A DNA stretch of 64,000 nucleotides from an uncultured Verrucomicrobiae bacterium (GCA_963813025.1 CAWEXO010000014.1:128001-192000), one strand, 5' to 3'. Positions 31,220 to 40,616 are shown, counted from the stretch's first letter. The notes: generated from the sequence alone by a model not told the origin. Translations and numbers: made by a program.

Positions 31220-31814
31220 GTTTCGGGGCGACTTCCCTCAACAGCGCCTTGACCAGGGCCAGTCGCAAAAACCTTCCAATTATTAACATTGACGAACTCA
31301 TCCCAGAGGAGGCGGCGAAGCAGGATGACATAAAAATCCTTACCAGGATCGCTTCCAACAACGAGGAGGCCGGAAAACTGGATGCTCAGCTGGTGTAGCA
31401 TGGATCGGGTAAGAGGTTTTACCAATCGTCGCGAGTCAACCCGCAAACTGGAATCGCAAAAAGGCCGAGGAGCTCGCGACGACAATGTTGAAAGGTGACC
31501 CTAAACTAAAGGCGTTCTTCGTCGCAAAGGATGACATGGCACTGGGAGTAGTTAGCGCGGTGAAAACGGCGGGCGCGATCGGAAAGATAGTCGTAGTGAG
31601 TGTGGATGGAATCCCGGGTGCCATCGATGCGCTAAAGCAGGGTCTGCTCACTGGGACTGTGGCACAGTACCCAGATGCCATGGCCTACATGGCCGTTGAG
31701 ACGTTGGTCAAAAAACTGAACGGTGAGACAGTGCCGCAAAACATCTATGCGCCCATCAAACTCATCACTAAGGACAATATGTCGGATGCCGGCAAATATT
31801 ACAAAGACGAGTAG
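31220..31814 (+). pseudogene. Fragmented sugar ABC periplasmic binding protein
   Basis: PIINIDE...RIASNNEEAGK, then DDMALG...VVSVDG...TVAQYP; N-terminus missing and frames broken. Confidence 0.7.
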
Positions 31815-31823
31815 AGCACGGTT

Positions 31824-32690
31824 ATGAATCCTATCGGAATACACTTCGGGTACTGGGCCCAGTACTGGGAGGTGGAGCCTCTCCCCTTTGTCCAAAAAGC
31901 TCAACAATGCGGCTTTGACGTGCTGGAGGTGCGCGCCCAGAAAATCGCCCGCATGAGCCCCGCCGAGCGCGACAGGCTCAAAGGGGCAGCGGCCGATGCT
32001 GGCCTAGGACTGACCTACAGCATCGGCATGACCGCCGACATGGACATGCTCTCGGAAGATGCCGCAATACGCAAAAACGGCATTGATTTTCTCGGGGAGG
32101 TATGCCGGGCGATGAAACAGATGGGCGGCACCATTATGGCCGGCATTAATTACAGCTCCTGGCCGCGCCGGCCGTTGCCTGGCGAAGACAAACAGGTTCT
32201 CACCGACCGGGCGATTGAGGGTGTGCGCGAGGCGATCAAAACCGCCGAAGACTGCGGCGTTTTCTTTTGTATCGAAGTCGTGAACCGCTTCGAGCACTTC
32301 CTAATGAATACTGCTGCCGAAGGGATTGCGTTTGTCGAGCGGGTCGGAAGCCCTAACTGCAAAGTCCATCTGGACACCTTCCACCTCAATATCGAGGAAG
32401 ACAGCATCGGAGGGGCGATCCGTGAGGCGGGATCGTGGTTGGGCCATTTCCATCTCGGCGAACCGAACCGGCGTCCTCCCGGACGCGGCCGGATGCCGTG
32501 GCGGGAGATTTTCGCCGCGTTGCGCGACATCGACTATCAAGGCGCGCTCGTGATGGAGCCCTTCCTCGTCCCGGGCGGCGAAGTCGGCCGTGACATCGCG
32601 GTCTATCGCTACCTGCCCGGCCACGACGATCTCGACGGGGAGGCAACCCGCTCCGTCGAGTTCGTCCGGTCGGAACTGAAGAAAGGCTAG
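31824..32690 (+). CDS. Ketose 3-epimerase (D-psicose/D-tagatose/L-ribulose 3-epimerase family)
   Basis: Metal and catalytic motifs IEVVNRFE, HLDTFHLNIEE, HFHLGEPNR, MEPF. Confidence 0.85.
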   Translation: MNPIGIHFGYWAQYWEVEPLPFVQKAQQCGFDVLEVRAQKIARMSPAERDRLKGAAADAGLGLTYSIGMTADMDMLSEDAAIRKNGIDFLGEVCRAMKQMGGTIMAGINYSSWPRRPLPGEDKQVLTDRAIEGVREAIKTAEDCGVFFCIEVVNRFEHFLMNTAAEGIAFVERVGSPNCKVHLDTFHLNIEEDSIGGAIREAGSWLGHFHLGEPNRRPPGRGRMPWREIFAALRDIDYQGALVMEPFLVPGGEVGRDIAVYRYLPGHDDLDGEATRSVEFVRSELKKG

Positions 32691-32755
32691 TCCTAGCAGC
32701 GTATCAAAAAGCTTGAGCTTGTTCGTGGCACAATGCTGCGCGAAAGGGGCATATT

Positions 32756-33745
32756 ATGAAAGGCATTCGAGTAGAAAAACAAGGGGGACCCGAAGTGCTG
32801 AAACTCGTGGATATCGCGTCCATCGAAGCGCCGGGCCCGGGCCAAGCGGTGGTACGCGTCGTAGTTGCGGGCGTGAACTTCCTCGACGTCGGCCAGAGGC
32901 GCGGCACTTATCCTTGCGAGGTGCCGTTCACGCCGGGCGTAGAAGGCGCGGGCGTGGTTGAATCTGTTGGCGAAGGCGTTCGGAGCGTAAAGCCATCCGA
33001 TCGAGTGGCGTTTACGGGTGTGCCGGGCGCCTATTCTGAAGCCGTACTTGCCGATGCTGACCGTCTGGTTCCTCTACCGGAGAAATTCACATTCGAGGAA
33101 GGCGCTGCGTTCCCGCTGCAGGGCATGACGGCACATTACCTGATCCACGAATTTCGGCGGCCTGTTCCCGGTAGTTTCGTGCTGATTCATGCGGCTGCGG
33201 GCGGGATGGGAGGGCTGCTGGTGCAGTGGGCCAAGCACCTTGGCGCGAACGTGATCGGTACAGTCTCGACTGAGGCGAAAGCGCGCACGGCGCGCACATC
33301 CGGCGCTGACCACGTCATCGTCTATACAGAGCACGATTTCGTGGCTGAAACCAAGCGGATCACGGAGGGGCGGGGCGCGGATTTGATTATTGACGGCGTG
33401 GGCAAAACGACATTTATGGGCGATTTGGAAGCGGTGGCCATACGTGGGCATACCGTGATCTTCGGCGCAGCCAGCGGGCCGGCCGATCCAGTTTCACCAA
33501 ATGCCTTCATGCCGCACGCGCTGACGGTTTCGGGCGGAAGTCTACAGAATTATCTTCGCACCCCCGAGGAGCTGATGCAGCGCGCGAATGACGTCATCGC
33601 GGGAATACGAGCGGGCTGGCTGAAATTGAAGATCGCGCGCGTGCTGCCGCTGGCTCAAGCTGCAGAAGCCCATAAGCTCTTGGAAACTCGAAAGACAGAG
33701 GGCAAGCTCCTATTATCCGTCACCGATTCGCCGCCACTGTCGTAA
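32756..33745 (+). CDS. qor: NADPH:quinone oxidoreductase (zeta-crystallin family)
   Basis: GVNFLD, PGVEGAG, LQGMTAHYL, HAAAGGMG, DGVGKTTF. Confidence 0.85.
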   Translation: MKGIRVEKQGGPEVLKLVDIASIEAPGPGQAVVRVVVAGVNFLDVGQRRGTYPCEVPFTPGVEGAGVVESVGEGVRSVKPSDRVAFTGVPGAYSEAVLADADRLVPLPEKFTFEEGAAFPLQGMTAHYLIHEFRRPVPGSFVLIHAAAGGMGGLLVQWAKHLGANVIGTVSTEAKARTARTSGADHVIVYTEHDFVAETKRITEGRGADLIIDGVGKTTFMGDLEAVAIRGHTVIFGAASGPADPVSPNAFMPHALTVSGGSLQNYLRTPEELMQRANDVIAGIRAGWLKLKIARVLPLAQAAEAHKLLETRKTEGKLLLSVTDSPPLS

Positions 33746-33972
33746 GAGGAGAGTAGAATTCCCTGGGGACCTGCAGGTGCGACTGATTCGAATAGGAGCA
33801 TTAGCTAGAAGTAACGCCGCACTTAGAGCAGCGTAAACATTGTAAATGTCGTAACTCAAACTTACGATCTTTTCGAGTCAATAGATTCCTGCAAGGCGCT
33901 TCGCGTGACGCTTACATTAGAGCTCCCTGCGTGGATCGAAGGCGTCCGAGTTCTGACATGGATAGGAGGGCG

Positions 33973-34308
33973 ATGAAGTCCAAGGCCAAACTGGTCATCC
34001 TGGCCACCTGTGCTTCGTCAACCTGCGTCGGAAAATTGAGTGCCGGCCCAGCAGTTATTGTTACGGACTCCGGGGCCAATCTTACGACCTGGAGCTTCGA
34101 CTGGGCACAGGCCTTGGGAGCTTTCCTTCTTGTTCTTCTGGGCTACGAGGTTGGTCCATCCGGGCAGCCAGTGCCTCGAAAGAGCGGCCGCGGCACCATC
34201 AATGAGGCACTGGACGCATCGAACGAAGCGTTCAAGAACCAGAAAACGACCGACAGGTTCAAGCTGGCTAACGGTGATGGTTCGACGGTTGTTTTTTCCG
34301 AAAAGTGA
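33973..34308 (+). CDS. Hypothetical small membrane/secreted protein
   Basis: AGGAGG ribosome-binding site before ATG 33973; two hydrophobic segments. Confidence 0.4.
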   Translation: MKSKAKLVILATCASSTCVGKLSAGPAVIVTDSGANLTTWSFDWAQALGAFLLVLLGYEVGPSGQPVPRKSGRGTINEALDASNEAFKNQKTTDRFKLANGDGSTVVFSEK

Positions 34309-34310
34309 AG

Positions 34311-34732
34311 CGAAGGTCGCGCCGCCTTTTGCGATGAAGGCGGAGGACGGCACCTGGCGCGGCATCAGCATCGATCTCTGGCGGCGCATTGCCGACCAGA
34401 TGCACCTGCGCTACCGGTTTCAGGAGACCACGCTGAAGGGTCTGACTGATGGAGTGGCCGAGGGCTCGTTAGATGCAGCGGTCGCCGCTCTGACTGTTAC
34501 CAGCCCGCGGCAACGGATCGTCGATTTTACTCAGCCGCTGCTTTTGTGGCTAGTCAACGAGGTTCTCTCCGGCTCGCTGAGGGTGCTGGACGGGACCTTC
34601 GATCCGCAGACCTATGCAATCGCGCTGCCGCAGGGCAGCAAGCTGCGGATCCCAATCGACCTCCCCCTGCTCGACGCCACTCGGAGTGATTGGTGGCGGG
34701 AGACGCTATTCGCATATCTCGGGCCTAGCTGA
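34311..34732 (+). pseudogene. Internally deleted amino-acid-binding (SBP_bac_3, GluR0-like) gene fragment
   Basis: KVAPPFAMK...GISIDLWRRIA...ALTVT..R..VDFTQP is joined directly to the C-terminal YAIALPQGS. Confidence 0.7.
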
Positions 34733-34937
34733 CGCCAGAAGGCTCACGTCTTGAAAGCCGGCACGGTTTACAGCATGGACAGGGTGGCGCTCCTCCCCAT
34801 CTTCTATAGCTTGCCAAATGCGAGATGACGGTCGGCATTGTTGACCCGCGGCTGACAATGAGCTGACGCGACAAGCTTCAACGGGCTGGCGGCGCTGTTG
34901 CCGGTCGCACTCGCACCCATGGCTGGTTTGCCGCCCA

Positions 34938-35984
34938 ATGCTCCCGGACCTGCCCGAGCCCGCGCCTCAGTCCCCGCAACCGGAACCGCCGGCCTATTGC
35001 CGCTTTGGAAAGCGCAACCTGGACGGGATGTCGTGGCTTGCGCCCCTGGTAAATAACCGCGTCGGTGACCTGCTGAACCTCGAGCTGCGCCACGAGCACC
35101 TCTTCTTCATCCAGAACGATCGTGTTTTGGACGATATCGGCTACAGCGAAAAAGGCCGCAGATTTTCCGAGGCGGATGTTGGCAAACCGATCAAGAGCTT
35201 GGAGGACCTGAAAGCGAAAGGTTATTGGCTGGTCGGACGAACTTACGATCCGAAGATCATGTGGGAAGCCTTGGCCAACCTGGAGGACGGCCACTACTAC
35301 TGCGTCCTTAGCAACCAGTGCCAAGATTGGACCGATCGGCTGCGTCGCGCGGCCGAGCGCATCGAGAGGGCGCGCGGCGTCACGCCGGCCGGGGCTCCGC
35401 GCGATTGCCCGATAGCAGCGCACTATTCGAAGCCGGTTTCGCCCACCGAACCCGCTTCCATCTGGATGGGGCTGGTCGCCCTTGGCCTCGGCGTGGCTGC
35501 CATCATTGGCCCCATCATTGCCGCGAACGTTTTTTCCGTTTTCATCGGAGCCATCTTTCTGCTTTCTGGGGTTGCTCATGCCGCGTACGGGTTCAACGCA
35601 CGCGACTGGCGGAACATGCTGCCCATCCTTCTCACCTCCCTTGGACTACTGATCGGCGGCGGCCTGATGCTGTTATACCGGCCCCTCACCACCGTGGCCA
35701 CCGGAACCCTGCTCGGGATCCTCCTCACGGTTGAGGGACTCGGTTTCCTGGGGCTCGGCATCACGAGCCGTCCGTTTCATCGTGGTCTCGGACCACTGGT
35801 CGCCGGCTTGGTGATGCTCGCCTGCGCTCTGCTCATCCTCCTGCACTGGCCAGCCAGCGGCAATGCCTCGCTTGGGCTCTGGGTCGGCTTAGCGCTCTGT
35901 GCGGGCGGCTGGTCAACGATCTGGTTAAGTTGGACGACCCGACGTGACGACGCTTCTCCGGCGCTTAGTCGTGATCCGGCCTGA
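34938..35984 (+). CDS. Membrane protein: N-terminal putative papain-like (His...Cys) domain plus HdeD/DUF308-like helices
   Basis: HEHLFF and YCVLSNQCQDW in the N-terminal half; six TM helices with the DUF308 pattern (WPASG..LGLWVG). Confidence 0.65.
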   Translation: MLPDLPEPAPQSPQPEPPAYCRFGKRNLDGMSWLAPLVNNRVGDLLNLELRHEHLFFIQNDRVLDDIGYSEKGRRFSEADVGKPIKSLEDLKAKGYWLVGRTYDPKIMWEALANLEDGHYYCVLSNQCQDWTDRLRRAAERIERARGVTPAGAPRDCPIAAHYSKPVSPTEPASIWMGLVALGLGVAAIIGPIIAANVFSVFIGAIFLLSGVAHAAYGFNARDWRNMLPILLTSLGLLIGGGLMLLYRPLTTVATGTLLGILLTVEGLGFLGLGITSRPFHRGLGPLVAGLVMLACALLILLHWPASGNASLGLWVGLALCAGGWSTIWLSWTTRRDDASPALSRDPA

Positions 35985-35993
35985 CCGCAGCGC

Positions 35994-36407
35994 TCATTTC
36001 AGGAGCTTTTTGATCTCGACCGCAAGCAACTCGGCACGCTCGCGGGATTGCGACCCGAACCAGATGCAGTCGTAAAATTCCGGCAGCTTCGTACAGGCAA
36101 CACGAACATTCCTCTTTCGCGGAAGCCTGGCCACAAAGCGAATCACCCAGTACCCACGAATTAGTCCCAATTTGTTTTCTAAGTAGAGAGGATAAGTCTT
36201 GAATGCCTGTATTTTTATTACCGCTAGATTACGGTTTTCCCATTCGGCAATAGATTGAAGAATTTCGCCGACGAGTTCTTTGAGCTTAACCGCGTGTTGA
36301 TAAGATTGCTGGTCCGCAAACGCAGCGATCCAGAGAGTCGGAAACGCCAGCGAAACAACTACGAGGAGAGCAACGTTCATCCTAGTAGGGAAGATCGTCA
36401 GGGTCAC
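35994..36407 (-). CDS. Hypothetical membrane-anchored protein
   Basis: 137-aa ORF, lower GC, N-terminal TM segment; no recognisable motif. Confidence 0.35.
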   Translation of the reverse strand: MTLTIFPTRMNVALLVVVSLAFPTLWIAAFADQQSYQHAVKLKELVGEILQSIAEWENRNLAVIKIQAFKTYPLYLENKLGLIRGYWVIRFVARLPRKRNVRVACTKLPEFYDCIWFGSQSRERAELLAVEIKKLLK

Positions 36408-36496
36408 ACTGCGTTCAAGTCCCGCGGCAGGGAGCTAAGGAATCCGCGAGTCAACCTGAACGAATCCGCCCCGCAACATGGCCTTGGCCCTGCTCT

Positions 36497-36615
36497 GGTA
36501 GGGCGAAAATTTATCCGAGCCATAGCGAGGACTCGTTTGAGCCGGACACTGGAGCTGCCACACCGAAGACGGCTCAAACAAGTTCTCGCCTGGTGCTCGA
36601 ATAGATTTTCGCCCT
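36497..36615. repeat. Family B REPIN copy interrupted by IS110 (continues at 37937-37943)
   Basis: GGTAGGGCGAAAATTTATCCGAGC...GGCTCAAACAAGTTCTCGCC...ATTTTCGCC-CT, then the IS, then CT-ACCGG. Confidence 0.9.
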
Positions 36616-36651
36616 TGTACCTTGCCCCACCAATTTTTTTTCCCTTTTAAA

Positions 36652-36858
36652 GCCGCCCGCAAGGGCGGAACTCTGGAGGTGAAGAACTTGGCCGAGGAGG
36701 GTGGAAAACTGCCTCGCCCAAAGGTCGGTAGAACCTGTCCGGTAGATTAGTCCACCCTTCCTCGTGCCGCACCTGCATAAGACCGTACCGTATCTTAGGC
36801 CGTTCCAAACAGGGTTGGAACATAAGCCCGTGTTCACAAGGCTCTGTCAGCAGGCGCG
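36652..36858 (+). ncRNA. Predicted bridge RNA
   Basis: 5' GCAA-tetraloop hairpin (36653-36668). Target loop closed by stem 36693-36705/36751-36764, with guides CCTCGCCC and CCGGTAG. Donor loop closed by 36769-36776/36850-36857, with guides ACCGTATCT and CACAAG. Confidence 0.85.
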
Positions 36859-36910
36859 CGCCCAAGCGCTTCATCAAACAAAGAACCAATTCAACTCGAA
36901 TTCCTGTCTG

Positions 36911-37921
36911 ATGAAAAAACGCTACTGCATGGGTATTGATATGGCAAAAGCAAGCTTTGACTTTTGCCTGCTCTCCAAGAATGGCACTCGCCTGTGGCGG
37001 GGAAAGTTCAGCAATGATGCGACCGGCATTGGAGCATTTTTAGCCCAACTCCAGGCCCGCTCTTGGCCGCTCTCCCAGATCCACTTCGCCCTGGAAGCCA
37101 CCGGGGTCTACGGGAAGAGATTGATCGCCGCTCTGCACCAAGCAGGCTTGGCGGTCAGCGTGCTCAATCCCGCCCAAGTCAAATACTTTGCTTTCTCGGT
37201 CCTGCGCCGCACCAAAAATGATCGGGTTGATGCGGCCATCATTGCCCAGTTTTGTCTGGAGCGAAAACCACTGGCCACTCGGCCGCTGCGCCCCCTTGAG
37301 GAAGAATTCAAACTGCTGGTGCGGGAGCGCGAAAGCCGGGTTGGCGAGCTCATCCGGGAACAGAACCGGGTGAAAAAAGACCCTTACCCAATTGCGCTGC
37401 CCGAGCTTGTCAGCCAACAGCGTGGCCAACGACTCGCCCAGCTCAAGAAAGAAATCGCTCAGCTGGAGTCGGCCATCTTCGGCTTAGTCGCGGCTGATCA
37501 GGCTTTAAGCCGCCAAAGCCAACTGCTGTGCTCTATTCCCGGCATTGCCCAGCTCACAGCCGCCAAGCTGCTGGCCGAGCTGGCCGGTAAAGAGTTCCAA
37601 TCGGCTCGGCAGTTGGCGGCCTATGCTGGGCTGAATCCTTCTGAATTCCGTTCCGGTGTCTCGCTCTACGGCAAAACCACCCTGTGCAAAATCGGCAACG
37701 CTTTCCTGCGCAAAGCACTCTATTTGCCGGCCGCCGTTGCTCGCCGCTGGTGCAAACCCATCCAGCAATGGGCCGCAGGTCTCGAGTCGCGCAAGCTCCA
37801 CTCCCTGGCTATCCGCGGTGCCGTCATGCGAAAACTCCTGCACATCGCCTTCGGTGTTCTCGCTCACCAACAACCCTACAACCCTAACCTGGCCCGCCCT
37901 TCCTTAAAGCAATGCCCTTGA
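36911..37921 (+). CDS. IS110 recombinase (DEDD RuvC-like plus Tnp domain)
   Basis: GIDMAK, LEATG, KNDRVDA (DEDD tetrad); SIPGIA, AYAGL, FRSG (catalytic Ser region), GNAFLRKALY, AVMRKLL. Confidence 0.95.
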   Translation: MKKRYCMGIDMAKASFDFCLLSKNGTRLWRGKFSNDATGIGAFLAQLQARSWPLSQIHFALEATGVYGKRLIAALHQAGLAVSVLNPAQVKYFAFSVLRRTKNDRVDAAIIAQFCLERKPLATRPLRPLEEEFKLLVRERESRVGELIREQNRVKKDPYPIALPELVSQQRGQRLAQLKKEIAQLESAIFGLVAADQALSRQSQLLCSIPGIAQLTAAKLLAELAGKEFQSARQLAAYAGLNPSEFRSGVSLYGKTTLCKIGNAFLRKALYLPAAVARRWCKPIQQWAAGLESRKLHSLAIRGAVMRKLLHIAFGVLAHQQPYNPNLARPSLKQCP

Positions 37922-38029
37922 CATCCAAGACCGTATCTACCGGTTGTGGGCAATCGTGGTGAGCCCGGTCAATTGTCTCGCAAACGGAGCGGGTGAGCGG
38001 TCGAACCCGGAACGACCGACTGAAGGATT

Positions 38030-38165
38030 GCGGCGCGACCTTCGTGCCGATGACCAGCTCCCGGGACTTGGGCGGCGCCGGGGTCTGGCCCCCGGCCTGC
38101 TGCGTTTGCGCGAGCACCGCGCTGCCGCAGGGCAGCGAGCTACGGATCCCAATCGACCGCACTCA
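38030..38165. pseudogene. Scrambled fragments of an amino-acid-binding protein gene on both strands
   Basis: Minus strand reads AVLAQ...ELVIGTKVAP; plus strand reads ALPQGSELRIPID, a near copy of about 34621-34661. Confidence 0.6.
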
Positions 38166-38251
38166 ACGGCGAGGCTTGGGCGCAAGTATTTGGTGGTCGG
38201 CGGCGGCGACTGACCAGGCAGTCAGCCAGGCCCGGGAGAGCCGAGCCAAGA

Positions 38252-38540
38252 TCATTCGATGACAACGACCCGCCCACGCCGCGTCGGATGTTCTACAAGC
38301 TCGTGAGCCCGAGCAATTTCTGAAAGCGGAGTTCGTTCGGCAATCTCGAAACCTGACCACCCGGCCTCGAGCGCAGAGTTCAGATCCTTGGCGGCTAACC
38401 TCTTTGCATCCTTTGGGAAGTCGTCGCTTCCCAGGAAGCATAACCGAATGTTCTTGAACACCATCGTCCAGAAAGGGATTTTGGGTGTCCCACTATCAGT
38501 GGCATAGGTGGCGATAGACCCGCCCGTGTTCAGCAATTCG
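38252..38540 (-). pseudogene. C-terminal remnant of an NADPH:quinone reductase
   Basis: GSIATYAT...LSEIARAHELVE...GRVVV; N-terminus absent. Confidence 0.65.
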
Positions 38541-38915
38541 ACCTGCCAACCTGTGCCGGCAAGCCGGCGAGCGTGGCGTAAGCGAGTGCTACCGGTACCG
38601 GGTACGCCGCGAGCGTAATACCCGCAAGCATATCGTCTTTCAACCAACGCGCCTCGTATGTCGGTACCCATTGTGCAGGTGGAAAGATCGCTTTAAAATC
38701 CGTTGGCTTTCGGCGGGCTGGAAGCCGTTGCTTCTGTCTGGCAGCCTTGGACTATCCAATCCGCGGAGAGATAAGTGTCGATCCCGAAGCGTTCGAGCTT
38801 GTCTATGAGCAATTGAGGAAACCTGGGAAGTGAAGGACGGTTTTGGGAATGGGTCGCGATGAATTGGAGGCATTCGCGACTGTTCGGGTTTCTCCAGCAA
38901 ATGTCTCGCAGCAAG

Positions 38916-39275
38916 TTAGGAGTAGGAACAAAACCAGAGTTTGTTTCCCTCCGAGTCCAAGAATCCGCCAACCCAGAACTTGTCTTCGTACAGTTTGACC
39001 GGATCAGATATGGTGACTGCTCGTTCTCTTAGTCGTTTTTCGGTCTCTCGAGCGTCTTCTACTTGAAGCGTGATGCGCGGATTTGGATCATTGGTGGGAG
39101 AATGTTGGCGGACAATCAGCACCGTGTCACCGATTCGATAACCGACCTCGTCCGTTGCCTCCCGATCTTCTTCGAGTTGAAGAGTTTCCGAGTAGAAACG
39201 CCTGGCCCGAACGACATCAATTGCGGATAGCGCGATTACCTTGACTGCTTGAAATCCAAGAGGGGAACTTTTCAT
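38916..39275 (-). CDS. VOC/glyoxalase family protein
   Basis: ARRFYSETLQL, ITLQVED, FLDSEGNKL. Confidence 0.8.
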   Translation of the reverse strand: MKSSPLGFQAVKVIALSAIDVVRARRFYSETLQLEEDREATDEVGYRIGDTVLIVRQHSPTNDPNPRITLQVEDARETEKRLRERAVTISDPVKLYEDKFWVGGFLDSEGNKLWFCSYS

Positions 39276-39394
39276 TTGAGTTTTTCAAATTATCCCACTT
39301 GTTCGCTAAAAAGTAACCTAGAAAGTTGTACAATCGAAGCTCCGCCGCTATCTGTCCAAGTCAGTTTCGACGACGATTAGCCCCTGTTCCAGAG

Positions 39395-40260
39395 TGAATT
39401 GCTCCCCAAAATCTGGACAGGTTCGCTAAGATCGAAAAAAGACCTGGAGATGAACGGCAAGAAAGCTGGCGTGAGGCGCCGCCGACAGCATAGCGCGACC
39501 CTAAAGGCACAAGGGGCCCTGGAGGCCATTCAAGAACGTCGGACCCTCAACGAGATCGCCTCTGAATAGGGCGTGCACCCGACGCAAGTTTCGGCGTGGA
39601 AACGCCAAGCGGTCGAAAGCCTGAGCGGGTTTTTCGACGGGGAGATTGGGGTGGGCGACCAGGAATTCAGACGTAGCGCTAATCTGGTGCTGATGAGCCG
39701 CCCTGGACCGACTCTATCTATACCCGCTGGCCCTTTTAGCGGGGTACGCCGGATGACCCTTGCGTTGCACGACCAGGGTTGGCCCGTCAACCACAAGCGA
39801 ACCCGCCGCTTGATGCGCCTCATGGGACTGGAAGCCGTTTATCCCAGGCCTCGCCTGAGCTCCAACGGCGGCGCACACCTGCGTTTTCCCTATCTGCTCA
39901 AAGGCCTGCTCATCGAGCACCGCAATCAGGTCTGGTGTAGCGACATCACTTACATCGGGTTAGCCGAAGGCTTTGTTTATCTTTTCGCCTTAATGGACTG
40001 TTCCGAGGAGGTCTATTTGCGTGAGCACGACTCCGTCACCGAGGCCTGCGGAGTATCGGTCGCTACTTCTCCTTCTACAACGATCAGCGGCCGCACAGCA
40101 GTCTTGCCAATCGGTCGCCTGCTGCCGTATATAACAGAATCCCTACAAAACTCCGACAAAAGGTAGCGCGGAAGAATCGCCTGGTTTTCCCCGCTCCTTT
40201 TGAAGGAAATTTATAGCTAACAAACCCATCGAACCTGTCCAGACGATGGGGAGCACCTGA
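39395..40260 (+). mobile_element. Degenerate IS3-family element
   Basis: Inverted ends TGAATTGCTCCCCAAAATCTGGACAGG and CCTGTCCAGACGATGGGGAGCACCTGA; broken orfA (HPTQVSAWK) and orfB (VNHKRTRRLMRLMGL, NQVWCSDITY) with internal deletions. Confidence 0.85.
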
Positions 40261-40616
40261 GTGTTTGCATTGAGCCGATATTCCAGCGCGCGAGACATGT
40301 GGATGTATGTCGAATTCCTGGAATCGAGAAACTACACATTACAAAATATAATTCTCACACGTAGGAGCAAGTTATGAGTTGGTTAGAGAATTCGATTATG
40401 CATATTCGTGGCATCTCCCAGGGAAGCATCGGGAAAACGCATGAGCTAACAGAAAAACTTCAAGGGAAGTTTCAGTATGTGATGGGGCCATATTCGGATC
40501 CAGTCTTGCATAATTCGGCCCGGTGACCGGATTGTGGTAGAGACGTCGACGCATTTCAGGGCGTAGGTGCTGGTGATTGCTGGCCAGAAGCTAAGAAAAT
40601 GCTAGACAGCCGTCAA

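Larger units (their letters stand above)
36614..37938 (+). mobile_element. IS110-family element (IS621-like), flanked by CT cores, no terminal inverted repeats
   Basis: Removing the element restores TTTCGCC-CT-ACCGG, identical to the empty REP ends at 6258-6271 and 27601-27614. Right end is CTTGACATCCAAGACCGTATCT. Confidence 0.92.

Noticed and set aside
36764..36910. N-terminal extension of the IS110 recombinase given in the ORF track
   Set aside because: It overlaps the predicted bridge-RNA donor loop; family-like sequence begins at ATG 36911 (MKKRYCMGID).
34311..38044. IS110 as the direct cause of the putative inversion
   Set aside because: The breakpoint 15-mer lacks a CT core and does not match the bridge-RNA target or donor guides.
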